A stretch of 64,000 nt of DNA from an uncultured delta proteobacterium (GCA_963845515.1 CAWJSR010000003.1:126022-190021), one strand, 5' to 3'. Counted from the stretch's first letter, positions 1 to 9,974 are shown. Notes: a model not told the origin generated them from the sequence alone. Program-made: numbers and translations.

Positions 1-499
1 CCTGGCGAAGCTCATGGGGAAGAGCGAGGAAGCGCTGCGGGCGGCGGAGCGCGCGCCGGCACCTCGCGCCCAGGACCGCCCAAGGCACGAGAAGCTCCCT
101 GTCGGTGACAAGGGGCTGCTCGACCTGTTGGCGAAGAAGGGCGACGTGGCGGTCACCGTGCAGGACGAGGACGCGGTGGCGCTCGCCACCACGCGCGGAA
201 CGCTCGACTCGGAGGCGATCGAGGGGACGCTCTCGCGCAACTCGAGCTCGTTCGCCGCCTGCGTCAGCCGTGCCGTGTCGTCGGACCCGGAGCAGCGGCT
301 CGCGGCGGGCCGCGTCAGCCTGGAGCTGACGATCCGTCCGAGCGGACGCGTCCAGAGGGCGGGCGTCGCGGACAAGGCGGTCGCCGGGAGCCCCCTCGGT
401 CGGTGCATCGCCCAGGCGGCGAAGCGGATGGTCTTCCCGGGCTTCGACGGCGAGCCGATCGACATCGTCGTCCCGCTGAAGCTCAAGGTGGGCTTCTGA
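1..499 (+). CDS. C-terminal part of AgmX/PglI-like (TonB C-terminal-like domain) protein, probably starting before the window
   Basis: C-terminal pattern GRVSLELTIRPSGRV...LGRCI...MVFPGFDGEPIDIVVPL is typical of myxobacterial AgmX/PglI C-terminal domains; frame is open to the window edge. Confidence 0.6.
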   Translation, partial: LAKLMGKSEEALRAAERAPAPRAQDRPRHEKLPVGDKGLLDLLAKKGDVAVTVQDEDAVALATTRGTLDSEAIEGTLSRNSSSFAACVSRAVSSDPEQRLAAGRVSLELTIRPSGRVQRAGVADKAVAGSPLGRCIAQAAKRMVFPGFDGEPIDIVVPLKLKVGF

Positions 500-1200
500 T
501 GGAGGCCGACCTGGCCGGGACCACCGTCCGTGAGGCGCGCGATCTGGCCCGCTACGTCGATCACACGCTCCTGGCTGCCGGGGTGCAGCCGGCCGCCATC
601 CAGCGGCTCTGCGCGGAGGCCCGGGAGCACGGCTTCGCGGCGGTCTGCGTCCGGCGCGAGTGGGCGCGGCTCGCGCGCAGCCTCCTCGCCGGGACCCCCG
701 TCCGGCTCGCGGTGGTGGTCGACTTCCACGAGGGGGCGGCGACGACCGCCGCCCGGGTCGAGGAGGCGTCTGCCGCCGTACGCGACGGCGCAGAGGAGCT
801 CGATCTGGTCGCGCCGCTCCCCGGCCTCCGCGCCGGACGCTTCGCGCAGGTCTTCGAGGATCTGCGGACGGTGATCTCGGCGTCGCCGGTGCCGGTGAAG
901 GTGATCCTCGAGACGGCGATCCTCACGCGCGACCAGAAGGTCGCTGGGGCGGCGATCGCGCTCGCGGCCGGCGCCGCCTTCGTGAAGACGTCCACCGGCT
1001 TCGGGGGAGGCGGCGCGACGGTCGACGACGTGGCGCTCCTGCGGGAGGTCGTCGGCGACAGGGCGGGCGTGAAGGCATCTGGCGGGGTCCGCACGACCGC
1101 CGACGCCCTCGCCCTGGTGCGCGCTGGCGCGGACCGGATCGGAACGTCGAACGGCGTGGCGATCGTGACGGGACGGCTGCCGGACGCCCGCGACTACTAG
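499..1200 (+). CDS. deoC: deoxyribose-phosphate aldolase
   Basis: YVDHTLL, VKVILET, FVKTSTGFG, VKASGGVRT, RIGTS motifs; ATG overlaps upstream TGA. Confidence 0.93.
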   Translation: MEADLAGTTVREARDLARYVDHTLLAAGVQPAAIQRLCAEAREHGFAAVCVRREWARLARSLLAGTPVRLAVVVDFHEGAATTAARVEEASAAVRDGAEELDLVAPLPGLRAGRFAQVFEDLRTVISASPVPVKVILETAILTRDQKVAGAAIALAAGAAFVKTSTGFGGGGATVDDVALLREVVGDRAGVKASGGVRTTADALALVRAGADRIGTSNGVAIVTGRLPDARDY

Positions 1201-1247
1201 CCCCTCACACCGCTCCTCTCCCCCTCGGGGGCGGGTGCGGGGGAGAA
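1201..1247. repeat. REP-like palindromic repeat (degenerate copy)
   Basis: CCCCTCACACCGCTCCTCTCCCCC...GGGGGAGA, similar to copies at 10423, 20849 and 32103. Confidence 0.5.
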
Positions 1248-1254
1248 TGGACGC

Positions 1255-2424
1255 ATGAACCGCCGCTTCCTCATCCTCATCGCCGACAGCTGCGGCTGCG
1301 GCGCGCTCCCCGACGCCGCGGAGTATGGCGACGAGGGCTCGGACACCATCGGCAACGTCAGCCGCGCGGTCGGCGGGCTGAAGCTCCCTGCGATGCAGGC
1401 GCTCGGGCTGGGTGCGGTGACCCCGATCCTCGGCGTGCCGCCCTCGCCGATCCCCGGCGCCTGGGTCGGGAGGATGGCGGAGCGCTCGCAGGGGAAGGAC
1501 ACGATCACCGGCCACTGGGAGATGATGGGCGCGCTCCTCGAGCGTGGGCTCACGACCTTCCCGAGCGGCTTCCCGCAGGAGGTCGTGGACGCGTTCGTCC
1601 GTGAGACCGGCGCGCCGGGCGTGCTCGGGAACGTCGTCGCGAGCGGCACCGCGATCATCCAGGAGCTGGGCGAGGAGCACCAGCGGACCGGGAAGCCGAT
1701 CGTCTACACGTCCGCCGACTCGGTGTTCCAGATCGCCGCGCATGAGGGGACGGTGCCGCTGGAGCGGCTCTACGGCTGGTGCCGGACCGCGCGCCGGCTC
1801 CTCGATCCGCTGCGGGTCGCGCGGGTCATCGCGCGGCCGTTCGTCGGGGCTCCGGGCGGCTACACCCGCACGTACAACCGGAAGGACTTCGCGATGCCGC
1901 CGCCGGTGGCGACGGTGCTGGAGCGGCTCACCGCCGCCGGCGTCCCCGTCCACGGAGTCGGGAAGATCCCCGACATCTTCGATCGCCGCGGCATCTCGAC
2001 CGAGATCCACACTGAGGGGAACGCCGACGGGCTGGCCCGCACCGCGGCGCTGCTCGATCGGGTGGAGCACGGCCTCGTCTTCGTCAACCTGGTCGACTTC
2101 GACATGCTCTACGGCCACCGGAACGACCCGGTGCACTACGCGCAGGCGCTGGAGGAGCTCGACGCCGCGCTGCCCGGGCTCCTCGCCCGGTTGCGCCCGG
2201 GCGATCTGTGGGCCATCACGGCTGACCACGGCTGCGACCCGACCACGCCATCCACCGACCACTCCCGGGAGTACGTCCCGCTCCTCGCGGGGGGGCCGGG
2301 GCTCGGTGGCGGATCGCTCGGCACGCGGTCGACCTTCGCCGACCTCGGCGCGACGGTGGCGGAGGCGTTCGGGCTCGCGCCGGAGGTCGGCTCCAGCTTC
2401 CTCCGAGAGATGGGCTCGGCGTAG
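1255..2424 (+). CDS. deoB: phosphopentomutase
   Basis: DSCGCG, GKDTITGHWEM, YTSADSVFQIAAHE, NLVDFDMLYGHRND, TADHGCDPT, DHSREYVP. Confidence 0.96.
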   Translation: MNRRFLILIADSCGCGALPDAAEYGDEGSDTIGNVSRAVGGLKLPAMQALGLGAVTPILGVPPSPIPGAWVGRMAERSQGKDTITGHWEMMGALLERGLTTFPSGFPQEVVDAFVRETGAPGVLGNVVASGTAIIQELGEEHQRTGKPIVYTSADSVFQIAAHEGTVPLERLYGWCRTARRLLDPLRVARVIARPFVGAPGGYTRTYNRKDFAMPPPVATVLERLTAAGVPVHGVGKIPDIFDRRGISTEIHTEGNADGLARTAALLDRVEHGLVFVNLVDFDMLYGHRNDPVHYAQALEELDAALPGLLARLRPGDLWAITADHGCDPTTPSTDHSREYVPLLAGGPGLGGGSLGTRSTFADLGATVAEAFGLAPEVGSSFLREMGSA

Positions 2425-2455
2425 CCGGTCCGAGGTAGGCTCTCCGCCGTCGAAC

Positions 2456-4063
2456 ATGAGACTCCAGCTCCTCACCGCCGCGCTCGCCGCGCTCCTGGGC
2501 TCCCTCGGCTGTCCCGCCGAGGACTCGGCGCGTCTGAAGGACGCCGCGAAGGTGCTCAGGCTCGCGATGTCCGAGGAGCCGCCGCAGCTCGACTCGACCC
2601 GCGCGACCGACTCGGTGTCGATCTTCGTGCTCGGCCACGTGATGGAGGGGCTGACGCGCTATGGCCCGGGCGGTGAGATCGTGCCCGGCGTCGCAGAGCG
2701 ATGGGAGCTCGGCGAGCGGAGCGCGGTGTTCCACCTTCGCCGCGGCGCCAGGTGGGCGGACGGGAAGCCGGTCACCGCGCACGACTTCGTCTTCGGCTGG
2801 CGGACCGCCGTCGACCCGAAGACCGCCTCCGAGTACGCCTTCATCCTCTACCCCGTGAAGGACGCGGAGGCCGTCAACGCCGGCAAGCTGCCCACCAGCG
2901 CGCTGGGCGTCCGCGCCCGCGACGACCGGACGCTGGAGGTGGAGCTGGAGCGGCCGACCGGGTACTTCCTCGGGCTCACCGCGTTCGCGACCTACCTGCC
3001 GGTGCGGGAGGACTTCTACAGGGCGCGCCCCGGGCGCTACGCGGCCGACGCGGGCGACCTGCTCTCGAACGGCCCCTTCGTGCTGACGCGGTGGATCCAC
3101 GCCGCGAGCCTCACGCTCGAGCGGAACCCGCTCTACTGGGACGCCGCGCGCGTCCGGATCGACAGGATCGAGGTCCCGTACTTCACCGGGGATCCGTCCA
3201 CCCGCTACAACCTCTTCAAGGACGGCAAGATCGACCAGACCGGCCTCGACAAGGACCTGCTCGGGCGGGCGCAGGCGGACCGCTTCAAGATGAAGAGCTT
3301 CACGGCGGGATCGGTCTTCTACGCCGAGTTCAACCACCGCCCCGGTCGCGTCACCGGCAACCTCCACCTCCGCAAGGCGATCCGGCTGGTCTTCGATCCC
3401 GGCGAGTACGTGTCCAAGGTCATCGGCATCCCGGGCACGCGCCCGGGGCTCTCGCTGATCCCGAGCTGGGTGCCGGGGGTGGAGCGCCCCTTCCGCAAGG
3501 AGTACCCGCTCGCCCCGGTGCGGCCCGATCTCGACGAGGCGAAGCGCGAGCTGGAGCTCGCGCGGCGGGAGCTCGGGGGCACGATCCCTCCGCTGGTCTG
3601 GCTGACGCAGGACGATCCCTTCACCGCTCGCGAGGCGGAGTACTTCCAGTACCTCCTGTCGAGCCGGCTCGGGGTCGCGCTCAAGATCGACAAGCAGACC
3701 TTCAAGCAGCGGCTCGCCAAGATGACCTCCGGAGACTTCGACATCGTCTCGGCGGGCTGGGGGCCCGACTACGCCGACGCGATGACCTTCGCCGACCTCT
3801 TCGCCAGCTGGAACGAGAACAACCGCGGCCGGTGGCGCAACGACCGGTTCGACGCCCTGATCCGGAGGGCGCAGGGCGCGGTCGAGCCGCGGGCCCGGAT
3901 GGACGCGATGGCGGAGGCGGAGCGGATCCTGCTCGACGACGTCGCGATCCTGCCGAAGAGCGAGGCGGGGAGCATCTACCTCGTCAGCCCGCGCCTGACC
4001 GGCGTGGTCCGCCACGTCGTGGGGCCCGACCCCGACTACACTCAGGCCCGGCTGCTCGACTGA
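2456..4063 (+). CDS. oppA: oligopeptide ABC transporter substrate-binding lipoprotein
   Basis: Lipobox LGSLGC; family-5 SBP motifs EGLTR, PGVAERW, WADGKPVTAHDF, NGPFVL, WGPDY. Confidence 0.88.
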   Translation: MRLQLLTAALAALLGSLGCPAEDSARLKDAAKVLRLAMSEEPPQLDSTRATDSVSIFVLGHVMEGLTRYGPGGEIVPGVAERWELGERSAVFHLRRGARWADGKPVTAHDFVFGWRTAVDPKTASEYAFILYPVKDAEAVNAGKLPTSALGVRARDDRTLEVELERPTGYFLGLTAFATYLPVREDFYRARPGRYAADAGDLLSNGPFVLTRWIHAASLTLERNPLYWDAARVRIDRIEVPYFTGDPSTRYNLFKDGKIDQTGLDKDLLGRAQADRFKMKSFTAGSVFYAEFNHRPGRVTGNLHLRKAIRLVFDPGEYVSKVIGIPGTRPGLSLIPSWVPGVERPFRKEYPLAPVRPDLDEAKRELELARRELGGTIPPLVWLTQDDPFTAREAEYFQYLLSSRLGVALKIDKQTFKQRLAKMTSGDFDIVSAGWGPDYADAMTFADLFASWNENNRGRWRNDRFDALIRRAQGAVEPRARMDAMAEAERILLDDVAILPKSEAGSIYLVSPRLTGVVRHVVGPDPDYTQARLLD

Positions 4064-4078
4064 AGGGGTGTCGTCCGC

Positions 4079-5023
4079 GTGCTCGCCTATACACTCAAGC
4101 GACTCCTGGCAGGCCTCGTCACGGTCTTCTTCATCGCGACCGCGACCTTCGCGGCGATGCACGCCGTCCCCGGCGATCCGCTCACGACCGGCAAGGCGCG
4201 GAGCGCGGAGATCCGCAGGAACCTCGAGGTGAAGTACGGCCTCGACCAGCCGGTGCTCGTCCAGTACGGCGTGTTCCTCCGGAACATGGCGCGCGGGGAC
4301 TTCGGCATCTCCTTCACGCAGCAGAACCGGTCGGTGAACGACATCATCCGCGAGCACTTCAAGATCTCCGCCGTCCTCGGGCTCGTCGCGCTCTTCTTCG
4401 CGACCGCGGGCGGCATCCTCCTCGGCTCGCTCACCGCGCGCTTCCGGGGGCGCTTCGCCGACCGCACCATCCTCTTCCTGGTGGTCCTGGGGATCTCGGT
4501 CCCCAGCTTCGTCTTCGCCGCGCTCGGGCAGCAGGCAGTGCTGGCGCTCAACCAGGCTGCCGGGGCGACGGTCCTGCCGGTCGCGGGCTGGGGGACGGTG
4601 CGGCACCTGCTGCTCCCGGCACTGGCGCTCGGGCTCGGGACGCTCGCCTTCCTGACGAGGCTGATGCGCTCCTCGCTCCTGGAGATCATCCACCAGGACT
4701 ACGTGCGGACGGCGCGCGCGAAGGGGCTGCCGCCCTGGCGCGTCTTCTGGTCGCACCAGCTCCGGAACGGGATCCTGCCGGTCATCACGCTGCTCGGGCC
4801 GGCGCTCGCGAGCATCACGACCGGCGGCTTCGTCGTTGAGAGCGTCTTCGCGATCCCCGGCCTGGGACGGTACTTCGTCCAGGCGGTCCAGCAGCTCGAC
4901 TACACCGTGATCATGGGGCTGACCGTCTTCTACGGGGCCTTCCTGGCGCTGATGGTCATCGTCGTCGACATCCTCTATGGCCTCGTCGATCCGCGGATCC
5001 GCGTGGCGAAGGAGACGGCGTGA
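4079..5023 (+). CDS. oppB: oligopeptide ABC transporter permease
   Basis: PGDP, GLDQP, GDFGISF, DYVRTARAKGL EAA loop, VESVFAIPGLG. Confidence 0.9.
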   Translation: MLAYTLKRLLAGLVTVFFIATATFAAMHAVPGDPLTTGKARSAEIRRNLEVKYGLDQPVLVQYGVFLRNMARGDFGISFTQQNRSVNDIIREHFKISAVLGLVALFFATAGGILLGSLTARFRGRFADRTILFLVVLGISVPSFVFAALGQQAVLALNQAAGATVLPVAGWGTVRHLLLPALALGLGTLAFLTRLMRSSLLEIIHQDYVRTARAKGLPPWRVFWSHQLRNGILPVITLLGPALASITTGGFVVESVFAIPGLGRYFVQAVQQLDYTVIMGLTVFYGAFLALMVIVVDILYGLVDPRIRVAKETA

Positions 5024-6405
5024 GCGCTCCGCTCCTCTCCTCCGCCGACTTCGCCCCGCTCGCCAGGGCCGACGTCGTCCGCGGTCCGGCGCGGCCGTCC
5101 CTCTCCTACTGGCTGGATGCGTGGCTCAGGCTGCGCAAGAACAAGCAGGCGCTCGCGTCGCTCGGCGTGATCTGCGCCCTCGTCCTCTTCACGGCGGCGG
5201 GGCCGCTGACGTGGCCGGTGGACCCGGGCCAGACCGCGCTCGCGCGGGTCTCGGAGCGCCCTCGCTGGTCGAACGAGCTGAAGGTGCTCGCGCCCCCGTC
5301 GCCTTACGCCGAGGTCGTCGCCGACGCGCCCCCGCCCCCTCCCGAGGCGGTCGGCGCGGCGCTCCTGGCTCCTGCGGACCTTCGCGTCATCGGCGAGCCG
5401 ACGGTCGAGGCGGTGCGGCTTCAGTGGGAGCCGGTGCCGGGCGCGGCGGGATACCTCGTCTACCGCTCCACCTCGCGCCCCGGCGGCGGCTACCTCGGCC
5501 TGCCGATGGGCGAGGTCGAGGCGGGGAACGTCGTCAGCTTCGAGGACGCGTTCAACCTCGAGCCGACGTCCTACTGGTACTCGGTCGTGGCGCGAGACGG
5601 CGTGGAGGGGCCTCCAGCGGCGGTGCGGGTCTCGCTCCAGCCCGGGATCCCGCTCGTCGAGGCGCGGACGATCGAGCCGGGGGCGAAGCCGGGCGACGTC
5701 GTGGCGCGCCCGTGGCGTCCGCTCGGCACCGACGCGCTCGGGCGGGACGTGCTGGCCCGGTTGATCGCGGGGGGGCGGATCTCCCTCTTCATCGGCTTCA
5801 CCGCGCCGCTCCTCGCGATCCTGATCGGCGTCCTCATCGGCGGGGTCGCAGGCTACTTCGGCGGCCGGGTCGACCAGTGGCTCATGCGGATCACCGACTT
5901 CGTGATGGCGCTGCCGTTCCTCCTCTTCATGATCCTGTTCCGCGTCGCCCTCGGCGTCGGCCCGGGGGAGAGCGGCGTCGGGCCGATGCTCGTGGCCATG
6001 ATCGTCCTCTCCTGGACCGGCGCCGCCAGGCTCACGCGCGGGCAGGTGCTGCAGCTCCGCGAGGCCGAGTTCGTTCAGGCGGCGCGGCTCCTCGGCGCCC
6101 GGCCGCGCTACCTGCTCCTCCGCCACCTGCTGCCGAACACGCTCGGCGTCATCCTGGTGTCGCTCACCTTCGGGATCCCGAGCGCCATCTTCACGGAGGC
6201 CTTCCTCTCCTTCATCGGGATGGGCGTGGTGGCGCCGACGCCTTCGTGGGGCTCGATGTGCAACGACGGGATCAAGACCTTCCTCGTCTACCCGCACGAG
6301 TTCATCGCGCCCGCGGCCATCATCAGCGTCACCGTCCTCGCCTTCAACCTCCTGGGCGACGGGCTGCGCGACGCGCTCGACCCGCGCCTGAGGTCGGTCG
6401 AATGA
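5020..6405 (+). CDS. oppC: oligopeptide ABC transporter permease with inserted fibronectin type III-like domain
   Basis: OppC_N (SYWLDAWLRLRKNK), LGTDALGRD, FNLLGDGLRDALDPR; Fn3-like insert VRLQWEPVPGAAGYLVYRS...YWYSVVA. Confidence 0.88.
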   Translation: MSAPLLSSADFAPLARADVVRGPARPSLSYWLDAWLRLRKNKQALASLGVICALVLFTAAGPLTWPVDPGQTALARVSERPRWSNELKVLAPPSPYAEVVADAPPPPPEAVGAALLAPADLRVIGEPTVEAVRLQWEPVPGAAGYLVYRSTSRPGGGYLGLPMGEVEAGNVVSFEDAFNLEPTSYWYSVVARDGVEGPPAAVRVSLQPGIPLVEARTIEPGAKPGDVVARPWRPLGTDALGRDVLARLIAGGRISLFIGFTAPLLAILIGVLIGGVAGYFGGRVDQWLMRITDFVMALPFLLFMILFRVALGVGPGESGVGPMLVAMIVLSWTGAARLTRGQVLQLREAEFVQAARLLGARPRYLLLRHLLPNTLGVILVSLTFGIPSAIFTEAFLSFIGMGVVAPTPSWGSMCNDGIKTFLVYPHEFIAPAAIISVTVLAFNLLGDGLRDALDPRLRSVE

Positions 6406-7436
6406 GCCTGCTGGAGATCGCAGGGCTGCACGTCGAGTTCGCGACCCATGGCGGCGTGGTGCACGCGGTCCGCGGCGTCGACCTCTCGCTGGCGGCCGGC
6501 GAGACCCTCGCCATCGTCGGCGAATCGGGGTGCGGCAAGTCGGTCACGGTCCAGGCTGCGCTCGGGCTCATCCCGATGCCGCCGGGGCGGATCACGGCCG
6601 GGTCGGTCCGGTTCGAGGGGAGGGAGCTGGTCGGGATGGAGCCCCGAGAGCTGAGCCGGATCCGGGGGAGGGAGATCGCGATGATCTTCCAGGACCCGAT
6701 GACGTCGCTCAACCCGACGATGAAGGTCGGCCGGCAGATCACCGAGGCGCTGCGCTACCACGAGCGGCTCTCCGGCGCCGCGGCCAGCGCGAAGGCGATC
6801 GAGCTGCTGGAGCGCGTCCAGATCCCCGACGCGCGCGCCCGCGTCGGTCACTACCCCTTCGAGTTCTCGGGGGGCATGCGGCAGCGGGTCATGATCGCGA
6901 TGGCGATCGCCTGCAACCCGCGGATCCTCATCGCCGACGAGCCGACCACCGCGCTCGACGTCACCGTCCAGGCCCAGATCCTCGACCTCCTGGAGACGCT
7001 CCAGCGTGAGCGCGGGATGGCGATCGTCCTCATCACCCACGACCTGGGGGTCGTCGCGCGGATGGCCGACGACGTGGCGGTGATGTACGCCGGCCGGATC
7101 GTGGAGCAGGGGAGCGTCGACGATCTCTTCTACAGGCCGGCGCACCCGTACATGCTTGGGCTGAAGCAGTCGATGCCGCAGCGGGCCGAGCGGACCCACG
7201 GCCGTCTCGAGCCGATCGAGGGGAGCCCGCCCGACCTGTTCAGCCCGCCCGCCGGCTGCGCCTACGCCGAGCGCTGCCCGTGGGCGATGGTTGGCTGCGG
7301 ACGCCACGACCCGCCGCTGTGGGAGGTCGCGCCGGGCCACGCGGCGCGGTGCTGGCTGCACGACGCGCGGGCGGAGGCCCGGCGGCCGGAGCGGCTCTTC
7401 CGCGGCGCTCCGATGCCGGGGGGCACGGTGCCATGA
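6402..7436 (+). CDS. oppD: oligopeptide ABC transporter ATP-binding protein
   Basis: GESGCGKS, FQDPMTSLNP, FSGGMRQR, DEPTTALD, C-terminal Cys cluster. Confidence 0.92.
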   Translation: MSLLEIAGLHVEFATHGGVVHAVRGVDLSLAAGETLAIVGESGCGKSVTVQAALGLIPMPPGRITAGSVRFEGRELVGMEPRELSRIRGREIAMIFQDPMTSLNPTMKVGRQITEALRYHERLSGAAASAKAIELLERVQIPDARARVGHYPFEFSGGMRQRVMIAMAIACNPRILIADEPTTALDVTVQAQILDLLETLQRERGMAIVLITHDLGVVARMADDVAVMYAGRIVEQGSVDDLFYRPAHPYMLGLKQSMPQRAERTHGRLEPIEGSPPDLFSPPAGCAYAERCPWAMVGCGRHDPPLWEVAPGHAARCWLHDARAEARRPERLFRGAPMPGGTVP

Positions 7437-8392
7437 GCGCCCTCCTCGAGATCGCGAACCTCAAGAAGCACTTCCCGCTGGGGCGCGGCAGCGTCCTGCA
7501 GGCGGTGGACGGCATCACCCTGGAGGTCGGCGAGCGCGAGGTGGTGGGGCTCGTCGGCGAGTCCGGCTGCGGCAAGTCGACGCTCGGGCGCGCCATCACC
7601 GGGCTCCACGACAAGACCTCCGGCGAGGTCCGGTTCCGCGGCGAGCTGCTGCCGGCGCGCTACGGCGCCGGGGACTTCCGGCGATGGGCGCGCAAGATCC
7701 AGATGATCTTCCAGGATCCCTACTCGTCGCTCGATCCGCGCATGACGCTGCGCGAGATCGTCGCCGAGGGGCCGCGGATCCACGGGGTCTGGAGGCGGAG
7801 CGAGGTGCAGGATCGCGTCGCCGCGTGGCTCGAGCGCGTGGGGCTCTCGCCGGACCAGATGTCCCGCTACCCGCACGAGTTCTCCGGCGGCCAGCGGCAG
7901 CGGATCGGGATCGCCCGGGCCCTCGCCCTGGAGCCGGAGCTGGTCATCTGCGACGAGCCGATCTCGGCCCTCGACGTCTCGGTCCAGGCCCAGGTGGTGA
8001 ACCTCCTGGCGGACCTGAAGGAGACGATGGGGCTCACGCTCCTCTTCATCGCCCACGACCTCTCGATGGTCAGGTACGTCTCCGACCGGATGGCGGTCAT
8101 GTACCTGGGGCAGCTGGTCGAGCTGGGGAAGTCCGACGACGTCTACTTCCACCCCCTGCACCCTTACACGCAGTCGCTCATCGCCTCGAACCCGGTCGCA
8201 GATCCCGAGGCGGAGCGGAGGCGCGCGCCGAGCGCGCCGCGCGGCGAGGTGCCGTCGCCGGTCGACCTGGCCCCCGGCTGCCGCTTCGCCGGTCGCTGCC
8301 CCTTCGTGATGGACGTCTGCCGCGCGAAGGACCCGGTCTGGCGCGAGGTGGAGCCTGGGCGCTTCGTGAGCTGCTTCCTGTTCGACGGCTAG
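7433..8392 (+). CDS. oppF: oligopeptide ABC transporter ATP-binding protein
   Basis: GESGCGKST, FQDPYSSLDPR, FSGGQRQR, DEPISALD, GCRFAGRCP. Confidence 0.92.
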   Translation: MSALLEIANLKKHFPLGRGSVLQAVDGITLEVGEREVVGLVGESGCGKSTLGRAITGLHDKTSGEVRFRGELLPARYGAGDFRRWARKIQMIFQDPYSSLDPRMTLREIVAEGPRIHGVWRRSEVQDRVAAWLERVGLSPDQMSRYPHEFSGGQRQRIGIARALALEPELVICDEPISALDVSVQAQVVNLLADLKETMGLTLLFIAHDLSMVRYVSDRMAVMYLGQLVELGKSDDVYFHPLHPYTQSLIASNPVADPEAERRRAPSAPRGEVPSPVDLAPGCRFAGRCPFVMDVCRAKDPVWREVEPGRFVSCFLFDG

Positions 8393-8430
8393 CTGGCCGC
8401 TCTGGCACGCCGTTCGGCTCGCGCAGGCGC

Positions 8431-8883
8431 TCAGCGCTCGTGCGCCACGGGGGCGCTCGCACCTCCGAGCACCTCCAGCCCCTCGCGACGCGCGGCCTCG
8501 GCCAGGCGCCGGTCGAAGGTGACGAAGGGGATCGCCTGCGCCAGGCGCTCGGAGAGCAGGAGGGCCGCCGCGAGCTGGCCGGCGTCGGCTGCCCGCAGGG
8601 GATGGAGCAGCAGGCAGCGCTCCGCGCGCGCCGAGACCGCGGTCAGGTCGTTCACCGCGGACCACGTCCGCCGGAGATCGGCGAGCCTACGGCCGGCCTG
8701 CCAGAGCCCTTCCTCGCTGAGCGCTCCGTCGCGCTGCAGTCGGCAGAGCGCCGAGAGGCATTCGACCGGCGTCCACGCCCAGACCACGACCGCGGGGTCC
8801 TGGTCGCGTAGCGCGAGGACCTCGGCCGTCTTCTCCTGGGGGCAGAGGAGCGGAACGACCGCCGACGAGTCCCAGAACCTCAC
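8431..8883 (-). CDS. vapC: PIN-domain toxin (VapC family)
   Basis: FWDSSAVV, VECLSAL, LRAADAGQLAAA, FVTFDRRLAEAA; GTG start overlaps the antitoxin stop. Confidence 0.85.
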   Translation of the reverse strand: MRFWDSSAVVPLLCPQEKTAEVLALRDQDPAVVVWAWTPVECLSALCRLQRDGALSEEGLWQAGRRLADLRRTWSAVNDLTAVSARAERCLLLHPLRAADAGQLAAALLLSERLAQAIPFVTFDRRLAEAARREGLEVLGGASAPVAHER

Positions 8884-9182
8884 CGACCGTCCTCCCTCTC
8901 CTCGAGCAGCGCCTCGAGCACCGGCGCGGCTTCGCCGGTGATCGGTCCGCGCGACCACTCGGGCCACGGCTGCGTTCCGCGGTGGAGGAAGCCCTCGCGC
9001 TCGAGGTCCTCGAACCGTCGCTCCAGGGACGCGCGCGCGTCGAGCTGGTCCGCGCCCGACGACGGGCGAAGCTCGGCGATCACCTCGCCCCGGCGCCTGA
9101 TCAGGATTCGCTCGCCGGCCTCGACGCGCCTCAAGTAGGCAGCGAGGTGGTTCCTGAATTCGGCGATGGTGGCGTACTTCAT
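8880..9182 (-). CDS. Phd/YefM-family antitoxin
   Basis: MKYATIAEFRNHLAAYLRRVEAGERILIRRRGEVIAEL; ends VLEALLEEREDGR; directly upstream of the PIN toxin. Confidence 0.85.
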   Translation of the reverse strand: MKYATIAEFRNHLAAYLRRVEAGERILIRRRGEVIAELRPSSGADQLDARASLERRFEDLEREGFLHRGTQPWPEWSRGPITGEAAPVLEALLEEREDGR

Positions 9183-9217
9183 ATGTACATGATGTGCGCC
9201 GTAAATGTACGTGTCAA
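9183..9217 (-). promoter_or_regulatory. sigma70-type promoter of the TA operon with palindromic operator half-sites
   Basis: Minus strand TTGACA (9217-9212), 17 nt, CATCAT (9194-9189), 6 nt, ATG; palindrome ATGTACAT at 9183-9190 and ATGTACGT at 9205-9212. Confidence 0.65.
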
Positions 9218-9245
9218 TCCAGGGCCAAATACCTAATATCCTTCC

Positions 9246-9908
9246 ATGAACGTCATCCTCTTCGGCGCGACCGGCATGGTCGGACAGGGCGTCCTGCGCG
9301 AGTGCCTGCTCGATCCCGGCGTGGAGCGCGTCCTCGCGGTCGGGCGGGGACCCACCGGGAAGGTCAGCCCGAAGCTGCGCGAGCTCGTCCATCGGGACTT
9401 CACGGACTTCTCGGCGATCGAGGGGGAGCTCACGGGGTACGACGCCTGCTTCTTCTGCCTGGGCGTCTCGTCGGCCGGGATGAAGGAGGCCGACTACAGG
9501 CGCGCGACGTACGACTTCACGCTGGCAGCTGCGAAGGTGCTCGCGCGCGCCAACCCACGGATGACCTTCATCTACGTCTCCGGCGCGGGCACCGACAGCA
9601 GCGAGCGCGGGCGCAGCATGTGGGCCCGCGTGAAGGGTGAGACCGAGAACGCGCTGCTCCGGCTCCCGTTCAAGGCGGTCATGTTCCGGCCGGCGGCGAT
9701 CCAGCCGCTGCACGGGATCACCTCCAGGACGGCGCTCTACCGCGCGCTGTACCCCCTCATGGCGCCGCTCTTCCCGGTCCTGAAGGCGCTCTTCCCGAGG
9801 TACGTGACGACGACGGAGCGCGTGGGGCGCGCGATGATCCGCGTGGCGCGCGACGGGGCGCCGAAGCCCGTCCTGGAGAGCTGGGAGATACACGCACTCG
9901 GGGGCTAG
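9246..9908 (+). CDS. NAD(P)-binding epimerase/SDR-like protein (YraR/TIP30-like)
   Basis: ILFGATGMVG Rossmann motif, DACFFCLG, WARVKGETE, FRPA. Confidence 0.8.
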   Translation: MNVILFGATGMVGQGVLRECLLDPGVERVLAVGRGPTGKVSPKLRELVHRDFTDFSAIEGELTGYDACFFCLGVSSAGMKEADYRRATYDFTLAAAKVLARANPRMTFIYVSGAGTDSSERGRSMWARVKGETENALLRLPFKAVMFRPAAIQPLHGITSRTALYRALYPLMAPLFPVLKALFPRYVTTTERVGRAMIRVARDGAPKPVLESWEIHALGG

Positions 9909-9974
9909 CGGGCGTTTCCAGCGGCGCCGCGCCGGGCGCGCCGCTAGGTGCAGCCTCGGACCAAGGAGGCGCCC

